In this document: piece by piece, positions 1-8,402 of the stretch | How positions within the stretch are numbered: position 1 is the first letter of the stretch | How the letters are laid out: every line of letters starts with the position of its first letter | Source: Clostridia bacterium | GTDB taxonomy: Bacteria; Bacillota; SHA-98; UBA4971 | DNA length: 64,000 bases | Assembly (NCBI GenBank): GCA_050261175.1 | Contig: JBLNDA010000051.1 | Span: forward strand, 13,722-77,721 | Reading direction: 5' to 3' | The notes under the pieces: model-generated | What the model saw: the letters and a program-made list of their open reading frames with translations, nothing else | What the model was told of the DNA's origin: nothing | Databases searched by the model: none | Made by a program: the position numbers and the translations under genes

Positions 1-1
1 G

Positions 2-316
2 AGAGTCGCGATAGCGAGGGCGATAATCAAGGACCCCAGAATACTAGTCCTCGATGACTGTTTCTCCGCCGTGGACACGGAGACCGAAGAGAGGATCCTG
101 AGGTCGCTGCGGGGGATCATGCGGCAGAGGACGACGATTCTCATATCGCACCGGATATCTACGCTAAAGGAAGCGGACGAGATCATCGTTCTCGAAGGCG
201 GGCGGATCGTGGAACGGGGGAACCATGAGTCCCTCGTGGCCGCGGGCGGCATCTACGCGGACATCTACGAGCGGCAGTTGCTCGAAGAAGAGCTGACTTC
301 GGCCGGGGAGACGTGA
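2..316 (+). CDS. ABC transporter ATP-binding/permease subunit, C-terminal fragment (gene begins upstream of window)
   Basis: Frame is open from the window edge. Walker B ILVLDD and H-loop region [11 protein letters not shown]. Stop lies 4 nt before the next ABC gene, the layout of a heterodimeric pair. Confidence 0.85.
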   Translation, partial: RVAIARAIIKDPRILVLDDCFSAVDTETEERILRSLRGIMRQRTTILISHRISTLKEADEIIVLEGGRIVERGNHESLVAAGGIYADIYERQLLEEELTSAGET

Positions 317-319
317 GCG

Positions 320-2392
320 ATGCCTGGTTTCCACGAAGAAGAGGCCCTTGGGAAAGCGTATGACTCCAGGTTAATGAGGCGGCTGCTCAAGTACGCCGCC
401 CCGTACTGGCGGCTGCTCATCGTGTGCGTGGTGCTCCTCTTCATCATCACAGGCACAGATCTGGTGCAGCCGTACCTCACGAAGATCGCCATAGACGATC
501 ACATCAACGCCCTGGGCGCGCCCATGCTCGGGTTTGCGCCCGGCAGCGAGCCGGTCCCCGGGGTTCCTTGCCGCGGAATGGTGTTCGTGCGCGAGAAATG
601 GCTGCCGAGAGGCTTTCGGTTCGAGACCGGGGAAAGCGCTCCCGGGCTGACGGTCCGGGCACACATAGAAGGCGCGGGCGGCCGCTACTTCCTCGTCATG
701 CACGACTCGGACAGCGGAAGCGCCAACAGGCAGGAGCTCACCCCTGAGGAGGTGGGCAGGTTCAGGGAACGCGACGCGGCGAGCGTTCTGAAGTTGGCGC
801 TCGTGCTCCTCGCCGCCATGGTCGTGGGCTTCCTCCTCAACTACCTGCAGGTGTACATCCTGCAGTACACCGGCCAGAAGATCATCTTCAACATGAGGGT
901 GGAGATATTCCGTCACTTGCAGGGTCTCACTTTGTCGTTCTTCGACAGGAACCCCGTCGGCCGGCTCGTGACGAGGGTTACCAACGACACCGATGCGCTG
1001 AACGAGATGTACACGGCGGTCCTCGTGAACCTCTTCAAGGACCTTTTCCTGCTCGTAGGCATAGTCATAGTGATGCTCAGAATGAACTTCGAGCTCGCCC
1101 TGGTGAGCCTCGCCACGCTCCCCGTCATCCTGGCGGTGACGGTGGTGTTCCGCACGAAGGCGCGCGAAGCTTACCGCCTAGTCCGCACGAGGCTTGCCCG
1201 AATCAACGCCACACTTGCGGAGAACATCTCGGGCATGAGAATCATCCAGATGTTCGCGCGCGAGGCGAAGAAGTTCGAGGAGTTCGATGCAATCAACAAG
1301 GACTATCTTGCGGCGAACATGCGCGAGCTGCGCGTGTATGCCGTTTTCAGGCCGGCGATGGACCTCATATCCTCGCTCGCCCTCGCCCTCCTCATCTGGT
1401 ATGGGGGCGGCCGGGTGCTTGCGGACAAGCTCGAGTTTGGGGTGTTGTACGCGTTCATAAGCTACATTCAGCAGTTCTTCAGGCCGATCAACGACCTCAC
1501 CGAGAAGTACAACATCATGCAGTCAGCCATGGCGGCGTCCGAGAGGATATTCATGCTCCTTGACACGGATTCCCGTGAGCGCGACCCAGTGAAGCCTGTT
1601 TCCATCGGGCGGCCGCGAGGACGGATCGAGTTCCAGAACGTGTGGTTCGCGTACAACGGCGACGATTGGGTCCTGAAGGACGTGAGCTTCACGGTGGAAC
1701 CCGGGGAGACGTGCGCCTTCGTCGGCGCGACGGGTGCCGGCAAGACCTCCATCATAAGCCTCATCGGAAGGATGTACGAGATCTCGCGCGGCCGGATCCT
1801 CATCGACGGGATCGATGTCCGAGCCATACCCAGGCGGGAACTCCGCCGGCACATCGGCGTGGTCCAGCAAGACGTCTTCCTCTTCACCGGCGACATAGAG
1901 AGCAACATCAGGCTGAACAGCGGTGAAATCGCCGAGGAGGACGTGCAGGAGGCGGCCAGGTACGTGAACGCGGACGCCTTCATAAGGCGTCTGCCAGGAG
2001 GGTACCGCGCCGAGGTGAAGGAGCGGGGCGTGACGCTCTCTGCGGGGCAGCGCCAACTTCTGGCCTTCGCGAGGGCGCTGGCGTTCGATCCGGCCATTCT
2101 CGTGCTGGACGAGGCCACCGCCAACATAGACACCGAGACGGAAGCGCTCATCCAAGACGCCCTTGCCAAACTCGTGAGGGGCCGGACCACGCTGGTCGTG
2201 GCGCACCGGCTGTCGACCATACAGAATGCCGACAAGATAATCGTGATCCACAAAGGCAGGGTGCGCGAGATAGGCACCCACCAAGAGCTTCTCGCAAAGC
2301 GCGGTATGTACTACCAGCTCTACCTCCTCCAGTACAAGGAGGAGCTGGGTAGGGGCGTGGCCGGCGAAAGCCGTGGAGAGCTGAGCGGCTGA
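320..2392 (+). CDS. ABC transporter permease/ATP-binding subunit (MdlB/MsbA-type half transporter) with enlarged first external loop
   Basis: 690 aa. Walker A GATGAGKTS, signature LSAGQRQ, Walker B ILVLDEAT, H-loop VVAHRLST. N-terminal TM domain has ~95 non-hydrophobic residues between TM1 and TM2. Confidence 0.9.
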   Translation: MPGFHEEEALGKAYDSRLMRRLLKYAAPYWRLLIVCVVLLFIITGTDLVQPYLTKIAIDDHINALGAPMLGFAPGSEPVPGVPCRGMVFVREKWLPRGFRFETGESAPGLTVRAHIEGAGGRYFLVMHDSDSGSANRQELTPEEVGRFRERDAASVLKLALVLLAAMVVGFLLNYLQVYILQYTGQKIIFNMRVEIFRHLQGLTLSFFDRNPVGRLVTRVTNDTDALNEMYTAVLVNLFKDLFLLVGIVIVMLRMNFELALVSLATLPVILAVTVVFRTKAREAYRLVRTRLARINATLAENISGMRIIQMFAREAKKFEEFDAINKDYLAANMRELRVYAVFRPAMDLISSLALALLIWYGGGRVLADKLEFGVLYAFISYIQQFFRPINDLTEKYNIMQSAMAASERIFMLLDTDSRERDPVKPVSIGRPRGRIEFQNVWFAYNGDDWVLKDVSFTVEPGETCAFVGATGAGKTSIISLIGRMYEISRGRILIDGIDVRAIPRRELRRHIGVVQQDVFLFTGDIESNIRLNSGEIAEEDVQEAARYVNADAFIRRLPGGYRAEVKERGVTLSAGQRQLLAFARALAFDPAILVLDEATANIDTETEALIQDALAKLVRGRTTLVVAHRLSTIQNADKIIVIHKGRVREIGTHQELLAKRGMYYQLYLLQYKEELGRGVAGESRGELSG

Positions 2393-2518
2393 GCGCCTCC
2401 CGGCGCTGTGCGGCGAGATCGCGGGGCGCGACGAGAGCGCTGGCCCCGCGGCTGGTGGGGGATGGCCGGGCTATGCGGCCTCGGCGGTGTGATGTATAAT
2501 TGCCCCGGGGGGAGAGAG

Positions 2519-3952
2519 ATGCCGGGGCATGTTTTCGTTGATGCCGCAAAGTGCACTGGATGCGGGAAATGCATAGTAGGGTGCCCGGCTGGCGCCGTCT
2601 CGGGCACGCCCGGACGGTCGCCCGTCGTGGACCCGCTCAAGTGTGACGGGTGTGGAGAGTGCTTCGCAGAGTGCCCTGAACGCGCCATGACTCTTTCCGC
2701 GGACGCGGAGGCCGTGCTCTGGCTCGTGGCCGGAGGCGGGCGCGCGGCCATGGAGGCCGACGAGGTCCTCGCTTCAGCGGTGCCAGGGTTTGAACGGGGC
2801 GGGCTGGTGCGCGCGGCGCGCGAGGTCCTCGACCGCGGCTGGTCCGGCCGCCGGGCGGGCGCCCCTGTGCTTGCGCGCGCCGATGGAGGCGGGGGACCGG
2901 CAAGGCGGGGAAGCGACGCGGCTTCCGTTCACCGCAGCGACCACCGGGAGGGTCCCGAACTTGCTCCTCCCGCAGTGATAGCGTACAGCGTGGAAATGGG
3001 CCGCGTGCTACAGCTCGCCGCGAAGGTGGCCCCGGTGAACACCACAGTCCTCCTTCTGGGGGAGTCGGGCGTGGGCAAAGAGGTCGTCGCCCGATTCATC
3101 CACAGCACGGGCCCCCGCAGGCGAGGCCCGTTCGTCAACATCAACTGCGGAGCGATTCCGGCGACCCTGCTCGAGTCGGAGCTTTTCGGGTACGAGTCGG
3201 GGGCGTTCACCGGCGCGAGGCGAGAGGGGAAACCGGGCATGGTTGAGGCGGCTTCCGGCGGGACTCTCTTCCTCGATGAGATCTCCGAATTGCCGCCTGA
3301 CCTCCAGGTGAAGCTGCTCCAACTCATCCAGGAGCGAAAACTCGTGCGGGTCGGTGGGGTGAAACCCCTCGGCGTGGACATCCGGATAATCGCCGCGACG
3401 AACCGCGATCTCGCCGCCATGGTCGGGAGGGGGGAGTTCCGCGCCGACCTTTTCTACAGACTGAATGTCGTGCCCATCACGATACCGCCCCTTCGCGAGC
3501 GGCCAGACGACGTCATCCCCCTCATATACCACTTCCTCAATAGGTACAACGAGGCCCATGGTTACGAAAAGACCATAAACGAGCAAGCACGCGAGATCCT
3601 CACGCGGTACTCATGGCCCGGGAACGTGCGCGAGCTCGAGAACCTCATCGAGCGCCTCGTGGTGACAGTGGAAGGGGACGAGATCGGCGCGGCCGACCTG
3701 CCGCAACATGTCTTCGAGGAAGGCGGAGCGCGCCCGCCCAGGGTCGTGGTGGGCGGGATCATGCCGCTGCGTCAGGCGACTGAGGAGGTCGAGAGGCAGA
3801 TCATCGAGCGCGCCCTCTCGGAGGAGAGGAGCACGTACAGCATGGCGAAGCTCCTCGGTGTGAACCAGTCCACTGTAGTCAGGAAGATCAAGAAGTACCT
3901 CGGCAGTCGCAGTGCCGTCGTGAAGACCGCTCCAGCGCGGAGGGGCACGTGA
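2519..3952 (+). CDS. sigma-54-dependent transcriptional activator (EBP) with N-terminal 2x[4Fe-4S] ferredoxin-type domain
   Basis: Two CxxCxxCxxxCP motifs ([24 protein letters not shown]). AAA+ core has GESGVGKE Walker A and the GAFTGA sigma-54 contact loop. C-terminal Fis-type HTH ([22 protein letters not shown]). ATG 2519 chosen for the GGGGGGAGAGAG RBS; the ORF is open from 2408. Confidence 0.85.
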   Translation: MPGHVFVDAAKCTGCGKCIVGCPAGAVSGTPGRSPVVDPLKCDGCGECFAECPERAMTLSADAEAVLWLVAGGGRAAMEADEVLASAVPGFERGGLVRAAREVLDRGWSGRRAGAPVLARADGGGGPARRGSDAASVHRSDHREGPELAPPAVIAYSVEMGRVLQLAAKVAPVNTTVLLLGESGVGKEVVARFIHSTGPRRRGPFVNINCGAIPATLLESELFGYESGAFTGARREGKPGMVEAASGGTLFLDEISELPPDLQVKLLQLIQERKLVRVGGVKPLGVDIRIIAATNRDLAAMVGRGEFRADLFYRLNVVPITIPPLRERPDDVIPLIYHFLNRYNEAHGYEKTINEQAREILTRYSWPGNVRELENLIERLVVTVEGDEIGAADLPQHVFEEGGARPPRVVVGGIMPLRQATEEVERQIIERALSEERSTYSMAKLLGVNQSTVVRKIKKYLGSRSAVVKTAPARRGT

Positions 3953-4143
3953 GCGGGGGCGCGTTTCCGGTGCCTCCCGTGCCGCGTGGCGCCCACAGCG
4001 TCATCGGTTCGGAGGCGGCGCCCGGCCTGGATCGCCGGGGTTCCCGATTCCCGCGGCCGCTCTCTGAGGCAGGGGGGATCTCGCTGCTCTCGTTTGGGAT
4101 GTGCCCCGGCCTCTCGCCACGTGAATGCACTGCTACATCAACC

Positions 4144-4159
4144 GATGCACGGGCGCATC
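4144..4159. promoter_or_regulatory. 16-bp palindrome GATGC-N6-GCATC (distal copy of the rATGC-N6-GCATy motif)
   Basis: Perfect 5+5 inverted repeat read directly. Same architecture as the site at 4561-4576. Confidence 0.2.
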
Positions 4160-4560
4160 GCACGCTTCCACGAAGGTTTGCCGCTCGCCAGCCGGCCTTG
4201 TCGCGGCCGCTGGCAGGCCGGGCCATGGGGAGCGTGGAAGGGGTGGGGAGCCCTATCGCGCGCATGACGCGCGCTATGCCCCCAGAACGCTCTTGCCGCC
4301 CGTCCTCCCCGGGCGCGGTCGCGATCGCCCCGTGACCGCGGGAGGCCGGTCCGGCCCGCACGGCCCGAGGCGTGCGACGGCCGCGCGGCAACTTCAGCTC
4401 GCCGTGGGCGTGGTAGCGGCGGTAGGGGGCGGGCGTCCGCTAGCGCGAGCCTGCACGGCTCGCGCCCGGGATGTCGGGGCGCGGACCCCGCCGGGCGGCG
4501 GGTTGGGCGGGTGGGGTTCTGGTCGAGGTTCGTGCAAAGCCCGTGGTATTGGGGGAGAGT

Positions 4561-4576
4561 AATGCGATGGTGCATT
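4561..4576. promoter_or_regulatory. candidate upstream activator sequence: palindrome AATGC-N6-GCATT
   Basis: Perfect 5+5 inverted repeat centred ~120 bp upstream of the -24 element at 4688, a typical EBP UAS distance. Confidence 0.3.
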
Positions 4577-4622
4577 AAACGGGCGGGACAGGTCTGGATG
4601 CGCGCGGAGGGGACGGAGACGA

Positions 4623-4640
4623 TTGTGACAGGCGGCACAA
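4623..4640. promoter_or_regulatory. degenerate Rex-like box TTGTGAcaggcgGCACAA
   Basis: TTGTG-N8-CACAA inverted repeat, 46 bp upstream of the stronger box. Confidence 0.25.
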
Positions 4641-4667
4641 AGGGTCCGGGCCCTTCGTGACTGGGCA

Positions 4668-4685
4668 TTGTGATGTGGTTCACAA
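4668..4685. promoter_or_regulatory. Rex-type operator candidate TTGTGATGTGGTTCACAA
   Basis: Perfect TTGTGA-N6-TCACAA palindrome, which can also be read TTGTGAt-N4-TTCACAA. It ends 2 nt before the -24 GG of the sigma-54 promoter. Confidence 0.5.
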
Positions 4686-4686
4686 G

Positions 4687-4702
4687 CGGCACGTTTCTTG
4701 CT
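4687..4702 (+). promoter_or_regulatory. sigma-54 (-24/-12) promoter of the hydrogenase operon
   Basis: cGGCACGtttcTTGCT matches TGGCACG-N4-TTGCW with exact GG-N10-GC spacing (GG 4688-4689, GC 4700-4701). It lies 76 nt upstream of the ATG at 4778, and an EBP gene is adjacent. Confidence 0.7.
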
Positions 4703-4777
4703 ATGATGTGAGGAGCGCTGACCGCAGGTGCGAGGTAGGCGTGCGCGCCTTGCCACGCCGGCGAAGGAGGAATCGGA

Positions 4778-5272
4778 ATGGCGTGCGAAGAGTGCACATG
4801 TTTCGGCAAGGTGACAGAGGAACAAAGGAACAAGGTGAGGGAGATCATCCAGCATTACCGGGGAAAGTCCGGCGTGCTCATTCAGGTTCTCCATGAGGCG
4901 CAGCAGGTGGTGGGGTATCTCCCCAGGGAGATCCAAGCCATGGTCGCCGAGGGGCTCGACGTTCCATTGAGCGAGGTGTACAGCGTGGTCACGTTCTATG
5001 CGCTGTTCTCGCTCAAACCCAAGGGACGCCACCAGATTAGCGTGTGCAAGGGCACTGCCTGTTACGTGAGGGGCGCCGAAGACATCCTGAACAGGCTCGA
5101 GCAGGATCTCGGAATCCGCGCGAAGGACACCACGAGCGACGGGAAGTTTTCCATGGAGGTCGTCCGCTGCATGGGCGCGTGCGGCCTCGGGCCGGTCGTG
5201 AGGGTTGACGACGACATCTACGCACGGCTCAAGCCCGACAGGCTGAAAGAGATCTTGGCGAAGTACGAGTGA
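4778..5272 (+). CDS. NuoE/HydC-type thioredoxin-like [2Fe-2S] ferredoxin subunit of NAD(P)-linked hydrogenase
   Basis: 164 aa. Cys pattern CKGTAC ... CMGACGLGP is typical of NuoE/HndA. RBS GAAGGAGG sits 7 nt upstream. Confidence 0.9.
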   Translation: MACEECTCFGKVTEEQRNKVREIIQHYRGKSGVLIQVLHEAQQVVGYLPREIQAMVAEGLDVPLSEVYSVVTFYALFSLKPKGRHQISVCKGTACYVRGAEDILNRLEQDLGIRAKDTTSDGKFSMEVVRCMGACGLGPVVRVDDDIYARLKPDRLKEILAKYE

Positions 5273-5349
5273 GCGGAGAGCGTTCAAGGAAGGATACACC
5301 GGACCGCTGCGGCGGCGCATAGCCGCCTGAGAGTAAGGAGGCTGGTCAC

Positions 5350-8300
5350 ATGGATTCATACCGTGCGCATGTCCTGGTGTGTGGCGGCGCGGGCTGCGTT
5401 TCCTCAGGATGCAAAGCAGTCGAACAAGCCTTTTTGGACGAGATCGCGAAGCACGGCCTCGCAAGCGAAGTGAGAGTGGTGAGCACCGGGTGTATGGGAC
5501 CCTGCGAGCTTGGCCCGGTGGCTGTGGTATACCCGGAGGGGGTTTTGTACCGGAAGCTCAAGGCGGAAGACGCACGGACAGTAGTGGCTGAGCACCTGCT
5601 GAAAGGGAGGATAGTCGAATCCCTGCTGTATGAGGCGCCCGATACGCAGCAGCGGGTCCCGACGTGCGGGGACATCACCTTCTTCAACAGGCAGGTCAGG
5701 ATCGCCCTGCGCAACACCGGCAAGATAGATCCGCTCAACATAGAGGAGTATATCGCCGAGGACGGCTACGCCGCTCTCGCGAAGGTGCTCACGGAGATGA
5801 GTCCCGAGCAGGTGGTCGACGTAGTGAAGCGCTCGGGGCTGCGCGGCAGGGGTGGAGCGGGGTTCCCGACCGGGCTCAAATGGGACTTCACGCGGCGTGC
5901 GAAGGCCGACCAGAAGTACGTCGTTTGCAACGCCGACGAGGGCGACCCTGGCGCGTTCATGGACAGGAGCGTGCTGGAGGGGGATCCCCACAGCGTCATT
6001 GAGGCCATGGCCATCGCCGGCTACGCCATTGGCGCCTCCCAGGGATACGTGTACGTGAGAGCGGAGTATCCCCTGGCCGTCAAGCATCTCGGGCACGCCA
6101 TAATGCAAGCTCGCGAGTACGGGGTGCTCGGCAAGGACATCTTCGGGAAGGGCTTCGACTTCGACGTGGACATCAGAGTCGGGGCGGGTGCCTTCGTGTG
6201 CGGCGAGGAGACGGCGCTCCTTGCCTCAGTGGAGGGTAGACGCGGCGAACCGCGTCCGAGGCCGCCGTTCCCGGCGAACGAGGGTCTCTGGGGGAAACCC
6301 ACCCTCATCAACAACGTCGAGACCTACGCGAACATTCCGCCCATAATCCTGAGAGGGCCGGAATGGTTTGCGAGCATAGGTACTGAGAAGAGCAAGGGCA
6401 CGAAGGTGTTCGCCCTGGCCGGAAAGATCAACAACACAGGCCTTGTCGAGGTACCCATGGGGATACCCCTGGGCGAGATCATCTTCGACATCGGCGGGGG
6501 CATCCCGGGGGGAAAGAAATTCAAGGCCGCTCAGACCGGTGGGCCGTCTGGCGGGTGTGTGCCCGCGGAGTTCCTGAACACCAGCGTCGATTACGAGTCT
6601 CTGAAGGAGCTCGGCACGATCATGGGTTCGGGCGGCCTCATCGTAATGGACGAGGACACGTGTATGGTGGACCTCGCCCGGTTCTTCCTGGAATTCACTC
6701 AGGACGAATCGTGCGGCAAGTGTGCTCCGTGCCGTATCGGGACCAAGAGGATGCTGGAGATACTCACGAGGATCACGCGCGGGCAGGGTCGCGAAGGCGA
6801 CATCGAGCGTCTCATAAAGCTGGGCACGTGGATAAAGGAAACCGCTCTGTGCGGTTTGGGCCAGACCGCTCCAAACCCCGTGCTCACCACTATACGGTAT
6901 TTCAGGAACGAGTACGAGGCTCACATCCGCGACAAGAGGTGTCCCGCGTCGGTGTGCGCCGCGCTCTTCGAGGCGCCGTGCCAGAACGCGTGCCCGGCCG
7001 GGGTTGACGTGCCCAGGTACATCAGCCTGATCAGGCAGAAGAGGTACCAGGACGCCGTCAAGCTCATAAAGGAGAAGAACCCGTTCCCAGCGGTGTGCGG
7101 CCGGGTGTGCACCCATCCGTGCGAAGGGAAGTGCAGGCGCTCGCAGCTCGACGAGGCGGTGGCCATATGCGAGCTGAAGAGGTTCGCCGCCGACTGGGAG
7201 CTCATGAACCCGCTGCCACCCGAGGTTCCGGCGGTTCGGAAGGACGCCAAGGTGGCCATCGTCGGGTCCGGGCCCGCGGGCCTCACGGCTGCGTACTACC
7301 TGGCGGGCTTCGGCTATCAGGTCACGGTGTTCGAGTCGCTTCCCGAGGCGGGCGGAATGCTCAGGGCCGGAATTCCCGAGTACAGGCTGCCCAAGGATGT
7401 CCTTGACGCCGAGATTCTGGACATATGCCGGAGGGGTGTCGAGATCCGCACGGGCGTAGCGGTAGGCAAGGACATCACTCTGGAGGAGCTGAAACAGCAG
7501 GGCTACAAGGCGATCTTCATCGCCATCGGCGCGAACGTCAGCCAGAAGCTGGGTGTGCCTGGGGAGGACCTCGGGGGCGTTGTGGGGGCGGTGGAGTTCC
7601 TCCGGGACGTCAACATAGGCGGCCACCGCGAAGTTGGGAAGAAGGTCGCGGTCATAGGTGGCGGTAACGCGGCCATAGACGCGGCGCGCACCGCCCTGCG
7701 CCTCGGCGCGAAAGAGGTGCACATCATCTACAGGCGGCAGCGGGAGGACATGCCGGCGGACAAGAACGAGGTGGCCGAGGCCGAGCGTGAAGGGGTCAAG
7801 ATCCACTTCCTGACAGCGCCGTCCAAGATGATCGGCAGCAACGGCAGGGTCGTGAACATGGAGTGCGTGCGGATGTCCCTCGGTGAGTTCGACCGGACGG
7901 GCCGGAGGCGCCCTGTGCCAATCGAGGGCTCGAATTTCGTCATCGACGTGGACATGGTGATATCGGCCATCAGCCAGAGGCCGGATTCCTCGGTGGTTTG
8001 CGCCGGGTCGCGCATCGAGGTGACCAAGTGGTCTACGGTAGTCGCTGACCCGAGGACCCACGCGACGGGTGAACCCGGGGTCTTCGCCGGCGGGGACTGC
8101 GTGAACGGGCCGGACACCGTGATCCAGGCGATCGCCGACGGCAGGCGCGCCGCCGAGGAAATCGACATGTTCCTTGGCGGCACCGGCAAGATCCCGGTAA
8201 GCACCGACCTCGGCAGAGAGCTTGCTGGGGAGCTCCACGAGGAGCGCATGATGCGCCAGCATCCTGAGCATCTGACGGTCTCCGAGAGAAAGGGCAACTT

Positions 8301-8382
8301 CGACGAGGTCGTGTCGCGACTCTCTGAAGCAGCCGCCCTTTACGAGGCGTCGCGGTGCCTGCGGTGCGACGTGAAGGACTGA
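5350..8382 (+). CDS. NuoF/HydB-like FMN flavoprotein fused to a GltD/NfnB-like NAD(P)H:FAD oxidoreductase
   Basis: 1010 aa. N-terminal Trx-like 2Fe-2S domain ([16 protein letters not shown]). NuoF FMN/NADH site [13 protein letters not shown] and N3 cluster [15 protein letters not shown]. Then GltD-type Fe-S region ([26 protein letters not shown]), two Rossmann motifs ([23 protein letters not shown]) and GVFAGGDC. Confidence 0.9.
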   Translation: MDSYRAHVLVCGGAGCVSSGCKAVEQAFLDEIAKHGLASEVRVVSTGCMGPCELGPVAVVYPEGVLYRKLKAEDARTVVAEHLLKGRIVESLLYEAPDTQQRVPTCGDITFFNRQVRIALRNTGKIDPLNIEEYIAEDGYAALAKVLTEMSPEQVVDVVKRSGLRGRGGAGFPTGLKWDFTRRAKADQKYVVCNADEGDPGAFMDRSVLEGDPHSVIEAMAIAGYAIGASQGYVYVRAEYPLAVKHLGHAIMQAREYGVLGKDIFGKGFDFDVDIRVGAGAFVCGEETALLASVEGRRGEPRPRPPFPANEGLWGKPTLINNVETYANIPPIILRGPEWFASIGTEKSKGTKVFALAGKINNTGLVEVPMGIPLGEIIFDIGGGIPGGKKFKAAQTGGPSGGCVPAEFLNTSVDYESLKELGTIMGSGGLIVMDEDTCMVDLARFFLEFTQDESCGKCAPCRIGTKRMLEILTRITRGQGREGDIERLIKLGTWIKETALCGLGQTAPNPVLTTIRYFRNEYEAHIRDKRCPASVCAALFEAPCQNACPAGVDVPRYISLIRQKRYQDAVKLIKEKNPFPAVCGRVCTHPCEGKCRRSQLDEAVAICELKRFAADWELMNPLPPEVPAVRKDAKVAIVGSGPAGLTAAYYLAGFGYQVTVFESLPEAGGMLRAGIPEYRLPKDVLDAEILDICRRGVEIRTGVAVGKDITLEELKQQGYKAIFIAIGANVSQKLGVPGEDLGGVVGAVEFLRDVNIGGHREVGKKVAVIGGGNAAIDAARTALRLGAKEVHIIYRRQREDMPADKNEVAEAEREGVKIHFLTAPSKMIGSNGRVVNMECVRMSLGEFDRTGRRRPVPIEGSNFVIDVDMVISAISQRPDSSVVCAGSRIEVTKWSTVVADPRTHATGEPGVFAGGDCVNGPDTVIQAIADGRRAAEEIDMFLGGTGKIPVSTDLGRELAGELHEERMMRQHPEHLTVSERKGNFDEVVSRLSEAAALYEASRCLRCDVKD

Positions 8383-8402
8383 AGAATGGAGCGTGAGCCA
8401 GG

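Noticed and set aside
2495-2500. TATAAT hexamer 19 nt upstream of the EBP start codon as its promoter
   Set aside because: No acceptable -35 at 17 nt, and the implied transcript would begin within the RBS. Too weak to call.
3949-4562. Several 90-145-aa ORFs on both strands within the EBP-hydrogenase spacer
   Set aside because: Translations are Arg/Pro/Ala/Gly strings without hydrophobic cores or RBS-linked starts. Treated as non-coding (see the spacer finding).
4668-4685. Reading TGTGA-N6-TCACA as a CRP/cAMP site
   Set aside because: The flanking TT/AA and the hydrogenase context fit the Rex operator better, and CRP-cAMP signalling is not typical of this phylum. A CRP/FNR-family or EBP site cannot be excluded and is kept as an alternative in the finding.
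6226-8271. 681-aa antisense ORF opposite the NuoF-GltD gene
   Set aside because: Arg/Pro/His/Gly-rich, non-protein-like translation that lies entirely opposite a gene with unmistakable motifs. This is a typical long open antisense frame in high-GC DNA.
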